DNA from: an uncultured Candidatus Saccharibacteria bacterium
GTDB taxonomy: Bacteria; Patescibacteriota; Minisyncoccia; Phycocordibacterales; UBA12079
DNA length: 32,367 nt
NCBI GenBank assembly: GCA_964449555.1
Contig: CAYUZR010000002.1
Span: 1-32,367, forward strand
Direction of reading: 5' to 3'
Shown: one piece after another, positions 1-8,764 of the stretch
Layout of the letters: every line of letters starts with the position of its first letter
Position numbering within the stretch: position 1 is the first letter of the stretch
Translations under genes and position numbers: made by a program
The notes under the pieces: model-generated
Seen by the model: the letters and a program-made list of their open reading frames with translations, nothing else
Told to the model about the DNA's origin: nothing
Databases searched by the model: none

Positions 1-246
1 AGTTTCCTCACCAGTCGTGGCTCCAACCAAAATTTCTTTGTCTTCGTAGAGACGGAGGAGATACTTATTTTGAGGCCGCTTCGAAACAACAAGATTGCCC
101 TGAACCAAACCTTCACGGGTTTCTTTTGATTGGTTCTGAAACCACTTAATTTGCTCGACAGTCATATTACCGCCTAACAACTTTGACATCATGTCTTTTT
201 GTAGACCAGCCAGTACGGCCGCATCTACGCCGATGTTTTTAGCCAT
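1..246 (-). CDS. hypothetical protein, N-terminal part only (ORF runs off the left edge)
   Basis: ATG at 246-244 with AAGGAG 7 nt upstream (rc of 254-259). The frame stays open to position 1: MAKNIGVDAAVLAGLQKDMMSKLLGGNMTVEQIKWFQNQSKETREGLVQGNLVVSKRPQNKYLLRLYEDKEILVGATTGEET. It is absent from the ORF track because there is no in-window stop. No family recognised. Visibly GC-richer than the neighbouring genes. Confidence 0.5.
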   Translation of the reverse strand, partial: MAKNIGVDAAVLAGLQKDMMSKLLGGNMTVEQIKWFQNQSKETREGLVQGNLVVSKRPQNKYLLRLYEDKEILVGATTGEET

Positions 247-414
247 CGTTTTTCTCCTTCTTTTTTCGAACCTTGGCATTTGCTAAACGCAAAATTTTTT
301 TCCAAAAAACAAATTGCACTATCAATATACATAACGATCAAATTTAGTCAACGGCTCACACATAAACCGTTGGCGATGGCTTTGTTAAGCTGTTTTTCTT
401 ATTCGTCATTGCGA

Positions 415-473
415 GAAAAAACATCAAATTTTAACGGGTCATAAAATGACCCGTTAAAATTTGATGTTTTTTC
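415..473. repeat. perfect 28-bp-stem hairpin (3-nt loop) in the gatB 3' spacer
   Basis: 415-442 gaaaaaacatcaaattttaacgggtcat is the exact reverse complement of 446-473, with loop aaa. An outer partial pairing attgc (407-411) / gcaat (476-480) extends it. Confidence 0.9.
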
Positions 474-521
474 GTGGCAATCCAGTAATTTAAACAAGCT
501 TGGGTGAAGCCTAGGCTTGTT

Positions 522-563
522 TTCTTGATTCACAATTCTTGATTCTTGATTCTTGATTCACCC
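522..563. repeat. tandem heptamer array, consensus TTCTTGA, 6 units
   Basis: ttcttga ttcacaa ttcttga ttcttga ttcttga ttcaccc, read directly. Lies just 3' of the gatB stop codon (572-574). Confidence 0.9.
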
Positions 564-571
564 CCAACTAA

Positions 572-1777
572 TTACTTTTTCAATGCTTCTTTCAATATCT
601 CCCCCAGCATCTTCGGATTAGCTGAGCCTTTTGCCTCCTTCATCGCCTGCCCTATCAAAAATCCCATAACTGCTTCTTTTCCGCTTTTATATTCTTCGAC
701 AACCTCTGAATTATTTTCTATCACCTTTGTAATAATCTCTTTCAAAGCTTCTTTGTCACTTGTTTGAATAAAATTATTTTTTTCTGCTATTTCTAAGGCA
801 TTCCCCCCATTTTCGAATATTATTTTTAGACTATCTTTTGCTCCCCGAGAAGATAATTTGTCTTCTCCAATTAATTTCACAAGTTCAACAAAATTATTTT
901 CATTCACCCCACCCAAACCTTCTCTTTCGTCATTTTTTTTTAAACCAACTAAATCTGAGGTTATATAATTTGAAGCTAATTTAATTAAATCTTTATCTTT
1001 TAGTTCTTCGGCTACCTTTTCAAATAAAGAATCATACAACTTATTTGTTACATAATGTTCGACATCCTCGTCTTTTATCCCATAACTATCAATATATCGC
1101 TGTCTTTTTTCCCAAGGTAATTCAGGTAATTCATTCTCCAAAACTTTTTTATCAAATTCAGGAATTTCACTTAATTTTAATTTTGGTAAATCTGGATCAG
1201 GAAAATATCGATAGTCTTCTGAACCTTCTTTTAATCTTTGTGAAAATGTTTCTTGTTTGTTTTCATCCCAACCTCTCGTTTCCTGAACAATTTCTCCACC
1301 CTCTTCTATAACTTTTATTTGTCTCTTGATTTCATAATCAATTGCCTTCTCAACCACCTTAAAAGAGTTTAGATTTTTTACTTCTACTTTCGTACCAAAC
1401 TCATCGTTATCACTCACTGAAATATTTGCTTCAATTCGCATTTCTCCTTTCTCCATATTTGCGTCACCGACACCTAAATATCGTAAAAGTAATTGTAGTT
1501 CTCTGGCAAATTTTCCTGCCTGCTCTGCGTTTTCAACCACCGGTTCTGTAACCAATTCCATTAATGGAATACCCGCGCGGTTAAAATCAACCAATGAATG
1601 CCCTGCATCGTCGTGTGTAGATTTAGCTGTATCTTCTTCTAAATGAACACGAGTAATTTTTACTCCCGCCAATTCTCCACCAGAAACTAATGGATACTTA
1701 TATTGACTTATTTGATAACCTTTTGGGATATCAGGATAAAAATAATTTTTTCGATCAAATTCTGTAAAATCCGCCAA
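572..1777 (-). CDS. gatB: Asp/Glu-tRNA(Asn/Gln) amidotransferase subunit B, C-terminal 401-aa fragment (follows an in-frame TAG)
   Basis: Contains [29 protein letters not shown] and a GatB/YqeY-like C-terminal tail. The track's M is a TTG at 1775-1777, three codons after the in-frame TAG at 1787-1789. Confidence 0.9.
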   Translation of the reverse strand: [401 protein letters not shown]

Positions 1778-1786
1778 TTCACCATT

Positions 1787-1990
1787 CTAAGCATCCCCTA
1801 CTTTTAAAACAGATTTAACTGATTCCTTATTTATCACAGGCAAAGTCCCTGGATGTGCCATACACACAGGACAAATGTTTATATTCGGTTTAGTTTCGTC
1901 TGGATCATTCTTCGAGTCACAAAACATCTTTGTGTTTGTCTTCAACTCAGCATGAATTTCCAATCCAATTGTAGGTTTGTATGTACCCAT
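1787..1990 (-). CDS. gatB: GatB N-terminal 67-aa fragment ending in an in-frame TAG
   Basis: MGTYKPTIGLEIHAELKTNTKMFC...CPVCMAHPGTLPVINKESV is the canonical GatB N-terminus. It is in the same frame as 572..1777. Confidence 0.9.
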   Translation of the reverse strand: MGTYKPTIGLEIHAELKTNTKMFCDSKNDPDETKPNINICPVCMAHPGTLPVINKESVKSVLKVGDA

Positions 1991-2009
1991 AATACTTTGA
2001 ATTATATCA

Positions 2010-2975
2010 CTAAGACTTTAAGAAGTCAGTTAAGTAATCACTTAATGCTTTAATCGAATCCTCATCAATAATAGATGTAATGAGAATATCTGAGTTAATA
2101 CTTGCAATCTCCTGTTTTGTTGTTTCGATCGTTTTTTCATCAACAAGATCGCTTTTTGTTAAAACAATCACTTCTTTTTTATTTAACAAATATTTATCAT
2201 GTTTTTCAAGTTCAGCCCTAATAGTTTTGTAATCTCGAACAACATCTTCGCTCTCAAACGAAATACAATGTAAAAGTGTTTTGGTTCGAGCAATATGTCT
2301 TAAAAATTTATGACCCAAACCTTTTCCGTCTGATGCTCCCTCAATAAGTCCGGGAATATCGGCTAGGATGTATCCGTAAAATTCACCTAAATTTGGCTCA
2401 AGAGTAGTAAACGGATAAGCACCAACCCTTGCATCAGCTTTGGTTAACTCATTTAAAAGAGATGATTTTCCTGCACTAGGTAAGCCAATTAAACCAACAT
2501 CAGCAATTAATTGAAGTTCAATAAAAAAATTTCCCTCTTTACCTTCTTTGCCAGAAGTCCATTCTTCTGGAGTTGTATTTGTTGAAGATTTAAAATGTTC
2601 GTTTCCTAATCCACCCCTTCCTCCTTTTAAAATTAAAATTTCTTGACTTTCTTCCAACAGTTCAAAAACTTCTTCGTTTTCTAAATTTCTTATAACAGAA
2701 CCAGTCGGCAAATCAATAAAAAAATTTTCACCATTTTTTCCTTCCATACTATCTTTCATACCAATACCTCCATCTTCAGCATAAAATTCTTTCTTACGAA
2801 TATATTTTGAAAGTATATTAGCATCCCGAACAGCCCGGACATAAACATCTCCGCCATTTCCGCCATTGCCACCACCAGGACCCATTTTAGGCTTCCCTTT
2901 TTCCGACTTCCATTTAACAACTCCGTTACCACCATCACCGGCTTTGGCATAAATTTTTAGTTCATCTATAAACAT
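2010..2975 (-). CDS. obg: GTPase Obg/CgtA
   Basis: Obg fold N-terminus MFIDELKIYAKAGDGGNGVV...GGGNGGNGGDVY. G1 motif GLPSAGKSSL, DIPGLIEGA, TKSD. TAG stop. Confidence 0.93.
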   Translation of the reverse strand: MFIDELKIYAKAGDGGNGVVKWKSEKGKPKMGPGGGNGGNGGDVYVRAVRDANILSKYIRKKEFYAEDGGIGMKDSMEGKNGENFFIDLPTGSVIRNLENEEVFELLEESQEILILKGGRGGLGNEHFKSSTNTTPEEWTSGKEGKEGNFFIELQLIADVGLIGLPSAGKSSLLNELTKADARVGAYPFTTLEPNLGEFYGYILADIPGLIEGASDGKGLGHKFLRHIARTKTLLHCISFESEDVVRDYKTIRAELEKHDKYLLNKKEVIVLTKSDLVDEKTIETTKQEIASINSDILITSIIDEDSIKALSDYLTDFLKS

Positions 2976-3000
2976 GAAAATTTTTATAGAAAATTTTAAA

Positions 3001-3028
3001 TTTCGAATTTCTAGTTTCGAATTTCGAT
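3001..3028. repeat. tandem heptamer array, consensus TTTCGAA, 4 units, upstream of obg
   Basis: tttcgaa tttctag tttcgaa tttcgat. Followed by aatttcta-type short repeats to about 3055. Confidence 0.8.
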
Positions 3029-3096
3029 TAAATTTCTAATTATCTAATTTCTAAAAACTGAACTCATTATTCATTATTTGAGACGAAAAGCAAGGA

Positions 3097-3756
3097 CTAC
3101 TCTACCAATTCATTATCACTGTCTTCTTTATGTTTTTTGCCGTTTTTGTAGAAAAAATAATTGATTATAATCACTGCCACCGCAAAAACAAAAACTAAAA
3201 CGGTTAGAGTTTTGTTTTTTAGAAGAATAAGATCATAACCATAAGCAAAAATAAAAGAAAATGGCATAACTCCAATTAGTGTGGCTAGAAAATACTTTCC
3301 TATTTTTACTTCTGTCAAAAGCCCAATTAGATAACCTAAAATATCAACCGGTATAACCATTCTCAAAAACACGATCCACCAAAAACTAATATCTCTTGGG
3401 ATATAATTATGATATTTTACAATTTGATCTTCTGGAACTAATTTCACCAAAATTGGTCGTCCAACATTTCGGGAGATCCAAAAAGCAACCACAGAACCAA
3501 TTGTCCAACCAATAACAGAATAAATTGCTGTATTAAATGGCCCAAGTAACAAAGCTACAAATGGCACCATTGGGATAACAGTAATTGGGGCAAAAATTGT
3601 GGAAATTGCCATTAAAAATACAAAAGCCAAAACAGAAACAACTGAATTATCTGAAACAAATTGGGTTATATATTCGACAGGAGCATCCCAAAGAACAAAC
3701 ACTAACATTAGTGCTACAAACAAAAGCAAAAATAGATAAGTTGTTTGTTTTAACAT
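3097..3756 (-). CDS. TVP38/TMEM64 (DedA/SNARE-associated-like) family membrane protein
   Basis: About 5-6 hydrophobic helices. Pattern GWTIGSVVAFWISRNVGRP...VIPVDILGYLIGL is typical of the family. Its ATG overlaps the upstream TAA (TAATG). Confidence 0.7.
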   Translation of the reverse strand: MLKQTTYLFLLLFVALMLVFVLWDAPVEYITQFVSDNSVVSVLAFVFLMAISTIFAPITVIPMVPFVALLLGPFNTAIYSVIGWTIGSVVAFWISRNVGRPILVKLVPEDQIVKYHNYIPRDISFWWIVFLRMVIPVDILGYLIGLLTEVKIGKYFLATLIGVMPFSFIFAYGYDLILLKNKTLTVLVFVFAVAVIIINYFFYKNGKKHKEDSDNELVE

Positions 3757-4766
3757 TATTTCATTTCTACAACGTTAATCTGCTCACCCCCTTTAAACGC
3801 TTTTATATTCTCAACTGTTGTTTTAAAAATCCTCTCGATCGCTTCTTTTGTATTAAAAGCGTTATGTGGAGCAATTATTACATTAGGATGATCAATTAAA
3901 TATTGATTAGATAAGACTGTTTTGAGTGCTTCTGGATTTGGGTGTTCTTCTGATAATAAATCAACTTCATGCCCCATAAAAGATTCTTCTTCCAAAACAT
4001 CAAGGCCAGCTCCAGCCAGAATCCCCTTTTCAAGAGCTTCAACAATAGCTTCTGTTTCAACAACTTCCCCTCTGGCAGTGTTGATTAGATATGATCCTTT
4101 TTTCATTTTTGAAATATTTTCTTTATTGATCAAATGTTCTGTGTGTGGGTTAAGCGGAACATGAAGAGAAATAATATCAGATTCTTGTAACAACTCATCA
4201 AATTCAACGTATTTAAAACCAGTCCCTTGGGCAAATTCTTCATCTTTTTTCACATCAAAAGCAATTACATTCATATCAAAACCTTTTGCCATCTTTATTG
4301 CATATCTCCCAATATGTCCTGTACCAATAATTCCAATTGTTTTACCTTTTAAATCAAAGCCAGTTAGTCCTTCTTGAGAAAAACTACCTGTCTCTAGAAT
4401 TCTTTCGTATGAAGAGTAAATTTTTCTAGAAATTGCTAAAAGTAAGGCGAAAGTAAATTCTGCTACTGTATTTTCGCCATAAGTTGGCACATTTGATACC
4501 TTTATTCCTCTTTTTTCAGCTTCTTCTAAATCAATATGATTAAATCCTGTTGAACGAGTAACAATAAACTTCAAATTTGGATATCGATCCATTTCTTCAG
4601 CACCAACTCCTGAGTTCACAAAAACAGACAGAATTTCTGTTTCCTCGTTTTTGTGATCTGGATGATTTTGGATATCCCCCGCAAGAAATTCAAAATCAAA
4701 ATCTGGTAAATTTTTAGTAAAAAACTCTTGCTCTGATTCTTTTTCGTAGAAATAAGTTATTTTCAT
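3756..4766 (-). CDS. D-isomer-specific 2-hydroxyacid dehydrogenase (lactate/glycerate/phosphoglycerate dehydrogenase-like)
   Basis: NAD-binding GIIGTGHIGRYAIKMAKGF, and NTARGEVV...LDVLEEE...APHNAFNTKEA with the catalytic R/E/H pattern. Confidence 0.85.
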   Translation of the reverse strand: MKITYFYEKESEQEFFTKNLPDFDFEFLAGDIQNHPDHKNEETEILSVFVNSGVGAEEMDRYPNLKFIVTRSTGFNHIDLEEAEKRGIKVSNVPTYGENTVAEFTFALLLAISRKIYSSYERILETGSFSQEGLTGFDLKGKTIGIIGTGHIGRYAIKMAKGFDMNVIAFDVKKDEEFAQGTGFKYVEFDELLQESDIISLHVPLNPHTEHLINKENISKMKKGSYLINTARGEVVETEAIVEALEKGILAGAGLDVLEEESFMGHEVDLLSEEHPNPEALKTVLSNQYLIDHPNVIIAPHNAFNTKEAIERIFKTTVENIKAFKGGEQINVVEMK

Positions 4767-4782
4767 AGCACAAAAAATTATT

Positions 4783-5982
4783 TTAATGACTTAATTGTAA
4801 CTCTTTTTCTATTTCTTGTAACCTCTCGTACTTCACCCTCCTAACATCTTGACTCGGTGATCCCGCTTTTATTCCATAAGCACCAATTCCAACAGCTAGA
4901 TCAACAATAAAATCATCCATTGTTTCCCCAGAACGATGTGAGCAAATTATTTTCCAACCAGCCCCACGAGCTAATCTTACGGCATTATAAACTTCTGTAA
5001 GTGTTCCGATTTGATTTGGTTTGATTATCACAGCATTGGCTCGCCTATTTGTCGCATTATCCAAAATACTTTCTGAATTTGTTGTTGTAAGGTCATCCCC
5101 CGCAACTAAAACTTCTAGTTCTCTTGCTTTTGTTATTTCAACAAGTTTTGTAAAAGAATCTAAGTCATTTTCATCAAACGGGTCTTCAATACTTCGCAAA
5201 TTATATTTCTCAACTAAATCAAGATAAACTTGCACCAATTCATCAGAAGAATACTCCCTACCAAAAATCTCATAATTGCCAGTAACTAAGTTACTGGCAA
5301 TTTTATAAAATTCGGAGGCAGCTGAATCAATTGCAATAAATTCATCGTCAGAAATAACACTATTTAATAATTGGAAGGGTTCTTCTATTGTTTCGGTTTT
5401 TGGGGAATAACCCCCCTCATCTCCCATTTCAACTTCTCCATATTTTTCTTTTATAATTTCTCCTATTTTTTTTAATACCTCTTTTGCTCTTTCATAATCA
5501 TCGCAAACTACAATATATTCTTGAAAAGGAGATCTGAAATCACCGTGAGCTCCCCCATTAATAACATTCATAAATAATTTTGGCTGTTTTGGTTGGACCT
5601 GAACACCCGAAATTTCATTTATATATTTCCAAAGAGGTTTTTCTTCTAATTTTGCCCCCAAACGAGTTACGGCCAAACTAACTCCTAAAATTGCATTAGC
5701 ACCTAAATTAGATTTATCTTGTGTACCATCTAATTCAAGCAAAATCTTATCAATTTTCAACGGCTCAACAGCTGAGCCGTTGATTTTTGGTGCAATAATT
5801 TCATCTATATTTTTAATTGCCTGCTCTACTGATACAGGTTTTACTTCCCGAGAACCAGCACTTGTCCCAGAAGGCACAGATGCACTAACACAAACATCAC
5901 CAGAACAAACCTCAACCTCAACTGTCGGCCGACCTTTCGAGTCTCTTATTTCTTTTGCTTTTAGTGATGTTATTTTATTCAT
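4783..5982 (-). CDS. eno: enolase (phosphopyruvate hydratase), short 399-aa form
   Basis: IRDSKGRPTVEVEV...SVPSGTSAGSREV, IKPNQIGTLTE, CSHRSGETMDDFIVDLAVG..GIKAGSPSQDVRRVKYERL. Confidence 0.93.
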   Translation of the reverse strand: MNKITSLKAKEIRDSKGRPTVEVEVCSGDVCVSASVPSGTSAGSREVKPVSVEQAIKNIDEIIAPKINGSAVEPLKIDKILLELDGTQDKSNLGANAILGVSLAVTRLGAKLEEKPLWKYINEISGVQVQPKQPKLFMNVINGGAHGDFRSPFQEYIVVCDDYERAKEVLKKIGEIIKEKYGEVEMGDEGGYSPKTETIEEPFQLLNSVISDDEFIAIDSAASEFYKIASNLVTGNYEIFGREYSSDELVQVYLDLVEKYNLRSIEDPFDENDLDSFTKLVEITKARELEVLVAGDDLTTTNSESILDNATNRRANAVIIKPNQIGTLTEVYNAVRLARGAGWKIICSHRSGETMDDFIVDLAVGIGAYGIKAGSPSQDVRRVKYERLQEIEKELQLSH

Positions 5983-6160
5983 ATTTAGTATTTAATTGTA
6001 AATAAAACAAACGGTAAAGGACAAATATATAATTTTCTTTTTTCTGAATCTATAAATAAACCAACCCAAATATCATACCAAGCTAATGACAATCTGATAT
6101 TTTTAATTTTAAAAATTTGAATATCTTTCATTTTTTATTTATTCTCACAATCCATCTTTT

Positions 6161-6321
6161 AATAATTTCAAAATTGGATGAGATCCAGTTTGGTTTTGTA
6201 AAAAATTACTCGTAGGGTACCGGGTAGCACACCTTCGCTACGCTTCGGGGGGGGTACCCGGTACGCCTCCCTCGTATTTTTTATCAAAACAAAACCGAAG
6301 ATCGCTAATTTTGGAATTATT
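6161..6321. repeat. long imperfect hairpin element A, with a nested 56-nt palindromic core (6209-6264); right end contains the ppsA stop
   Basis: Left end aataatttcaaaattgg (6161-6177) pairs with ctaattttggaattatt (6305-6321) at 15/17 positions, and the arms continue imperfectly inward. The core ctcgtagggtaccgggtagcacaccttcgctacgcttcggggggggtacccggtac recurs inside murB. Confidence 0.8.
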
Positions 6322-8287
6322 TCTCTTCTTTACTAACTACTAGAGTAGTTTTCACCACCGTATCTGGAATCAAAGAAATTGAATCAATTTTACAGCCAAC
6401 CAAGAATTTAACAAATTCAGGATAATCACTCGGTGCTTGCCCACAAATTCCAACTTTTGATTTTGCTTTTCGAGCTTTTTTAACAAGCTCTTCAACCATC
6501 TTCATAACAGCTGGATTATTTTCATTTGAAGTACCTTCAATTTCCAAAGTTCCAGAAGCATCTCTGTCAATTCCAAGAACCAACTGGGTTAAATCATTTG
6601 AACCTACTGAAAATCCATCAAACACTTTCGCGAATTCTTCGGCTAACAAAATATTTGAAGGAATTTCTGCCATTACATATACCTCCAATCCATCCTTACC
6701 TTTTTTAAGTCCGTTTTTAGCCATAATATCAATAACCTTCTTACCCTCCTCAACAGTTCGACAGAAAGGAACAAGAACTTTTAGGTTAGTTAGCCCCATT
6801 TCTTCACGAACTTTCTTCAAAGCTTCACATTCTAAATCGAAAGCAGGCCTGAACTCTTTTGAATAATAACGGCTCGCACCTCTCCAGCCAATCATTGGGT
6901 TTGACTCTTCTGGCTCATAGGCTTGTCCCCCAATCAAGTTTGCATATTCGTTAGTCTTAAAATCAGATAATCGAACGATTACTGGTTTCGGATAAAACGC
7001 AGCACAAATTCTACCAACACCCTCAGCTAATTCATTAACGAAGAATTCTTTTTTGTTTTTATAATCACCTGTTATCTTTTCAATTTTTCTTTTTGTTTTT
7101 TGATCTTGTTTATTGAAGTTAATCAAAGCAAGTGGGTGAATTCTAATTGTATTGTTGATAATAAATTCAAGCCGAGCCAAACCGACCCCATCATTGGGAA
7201 TAAATGAATTAGAAAAAGCTAAATCAGGCTCACCAATATTCATCATTATTTTTGTTTTAGATTTTTTTAACTTACCAATATTAGTCTTCTTAATTTCGAA
7301 ATCTAACAAACCTCTATGAACTTTTCCTTTTTCTCCTTCTGAACAATTAATTGTCACTTTATCTCCTGTTTTAATTTTATCTGAACCATTTTCCGTTCCA
7401 ACAATACAAGGAATTCCTAATTCACGAGAAACAATCGCAGCGTGACAAGTACGTCCACCTTTATCGGTTACAATTGCTGATGCAATCTTCATAATTGGCT
7501 CCCAATCCGGATCAGTCATGCTTGTTACTAACACCTCGCCTTTCTTAAACTGAAGAATATCACTTACATCCATTATTCGATTTACCTTTCCTGCTCCAAT
7601 TTTTTGCCCAACAGATTGCCCTTCTATTATTACACTTCCATTTTCCTTTAATTTATATTCTTCAATAAAATTAGCATCTTTTTGACTCTGAACAGTTTCT
7701 GGCCGTGCCTGAACGATATATAATTTTTTATCTTTACCATCTAAAGCCCATTCTATATCCATCGGTCGATTATAATGTTTTTCGATAACCATTCCCCACT
7801 CAGCCAATTTTTTCGCCTGTACATCAGTAATCGATTGTTTTTTTCTATATTTTTCATCAACAGGCACATCTTTTACCGGCTTACCAAAACCACTGTTGTA
7901 AATCATTTTTATATCTTTTTCAGCGACAGTTTTTGAAATAATTGCCCCTGTTGGTTTGAAATAATAAAATTCATCAGGAGTTACCTTCCCTTGCACAATA
8001 TTTTCACCCAGTCCATAAATAGAATTAATTAAAACAACATTTTCGAAGCCGGACTCCGTATCAATAGTAAACATAACACCCGAGCATCCTTTATCTGCAC
8101 GAACCATTTTTTGAACACCAACAGAAAGTGCAATATCAAAATGATCAAAACCTTTATCTTCACGATAAGAAATAGCTCGATTTGTAAATAAAGATGCAAT
8201 ACACTTTTTAACAGCAACCAACAAAACCTTTTCTCCTTTAATATTTAGATAAGTTTCCTGCTGACCTGCAAAAGAAGCATCTGGCAA
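6317..8287 (-). CDS. ppsA: phosphoenolpyruvate synthase (pyruvate, water dikinase), C-terminal 656-aa fragment
   Basis: PDASFAGQQETYLN, phospho-His domain GGRTCHAAIVSRELGIPC, PEP-utilizer TIM-barrel end GSNDLTQL...GICGQAPSD. The frame is continuous upstream through VAVRSSATAED to two TAA codons. Confidence 0.9.
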   Translation of the reverse strand: MPDASFAGQQETYLNIKGEKVLLVAVKKCIASLFTNRAISYREDKGFDHFDIALSVGVQKMVRADKGCSGVMFTIDTESGFENVVLINSIYGLGENIVQGKVTPDEFYYFKPTGAIISKTVAEKDIKMIYNSGFGKPVKDVPVDEKYRKKQSITDVQAKKLAEWGMVIEKHYNRPMDIEWALDGKDKKLYIVQARPETVQSQKDANFIEEYKLKENGSVIIEGQSVGQKIGAGKVNRIMDVSDILQFKKGEVLVTSMTDPDWEPIMKIASAIVTDKGGRTCHAAIVSRELGIPCIVGTENGSDKIKTGDKVTINCSEGEKGKVHRGLLDFEIKKTNIGKLKKSKTKIMMNIGEPDLAFSNSFIPNDGVGLARLEFIINNTIRIHPLALINFNKQDQKTKRKIEKITGDYKNKKEFFVNELAEGVGRICAAFYPKPVIVRLSDFKTNEYANLIGGQAYEPEESNPMIGWRGASRYYSKEFRPAFDLECEALKKVREEMGLTNLKVLVPFCRTVEEGKKVIDIMAKNGLKKGKDGLEVYVMAEIPSNILLAEEFAKVFDGFSVGSNDLTQLVLGIDRDASGTLEIEGTSNENNPAVMKMVEELVKKARKAKSKVGICGQAPSDYPEFVKFLVGCKIDSISLIPDTVVKTTLVVSKEEK

Positions 8288-8350
8288 GTCTTCAGCAGTA
8301 GCAGAAGAACGAACAGCAACATCTACATTTGTATCTTTTTAATTTTTAGA

Positions 8351-8689
8351 TTATTTTTTATAAGCTTCAACAATTTCCTCTCCTAAATGTTTCGGAAATT
8401 TTGCTCGCATAATAATCCTACGAACTTTCGCACCTCGAGTCATCAAGTTTCGAATATCGTGAGTATCTAAATCAGCTAAAACTTTTCGAATCTTTTCTTT
8501 CGCACCACTTTCTTCAAGAAATTCATTATAAGCATGTGAACTAGTAGCAAAACCATTCGGAATATTTACTCCTTTCTTGGTTAGTTTTTGATACATCTCA
8601 CCTAGAGAAGCATTTTTTCCCCCAACAAGAGGAACATCTTTGTTTGTTAGTTCATTGAACCAGAATACATTCTTTGTTTGTTTTGTCAT
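8351..8689 (-). CDS. ppsA: PEP synthase N-terminal 112-aa fragment
   Basis: FWFNELTNKDVPLVGGKNASLGEMYQKL..GVNIPNGFATS matches the PpsA N-terminus. Same frame as 6317..8287. Confidence 0.88.
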   Translation of the reverse strand: MTKQTKNVFWFNELTNKDVPLVGGKNASLGEMYQKLTKKGVNIPNGFATSSHAYNEFLEESGAKEKIRKVLADLDTHDIRNLMTRGAKVRRIIMRAKFPKHLGEEIVEAYKK

Positions 8690-8693
8690 AAAT

Positions 8694-8728
8694 TATTTAG
8701 ATTTATGATTTATGATTTATGATTTAAG
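8694..8728. repeat. tandem heptamer array, consensus ATTTATG, about 5 units, abutting the ppsA start
   Basis: tatttag atttatg atttatg atttatg atttaag. Begins 5 nt upstream of the ATG at 8689. Confidence 0.85.
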
Positions 8729-8764
8729 AATCTGTTTAAAATTTTTTGCTTTGCAAAAAATTTT

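Noticed and set aside
6209-6276. ctcgta at 6209-6214 and 6271-6276 as a target-site duplication flanking the 56-nt core
   Set aside because: In the murB copy the left ctcgta is part of the shared element (18000-18005), and no second ctcgta follows the right end. The direct repeat in copy A is therefore probably coincidental or part of the outer hairpin.
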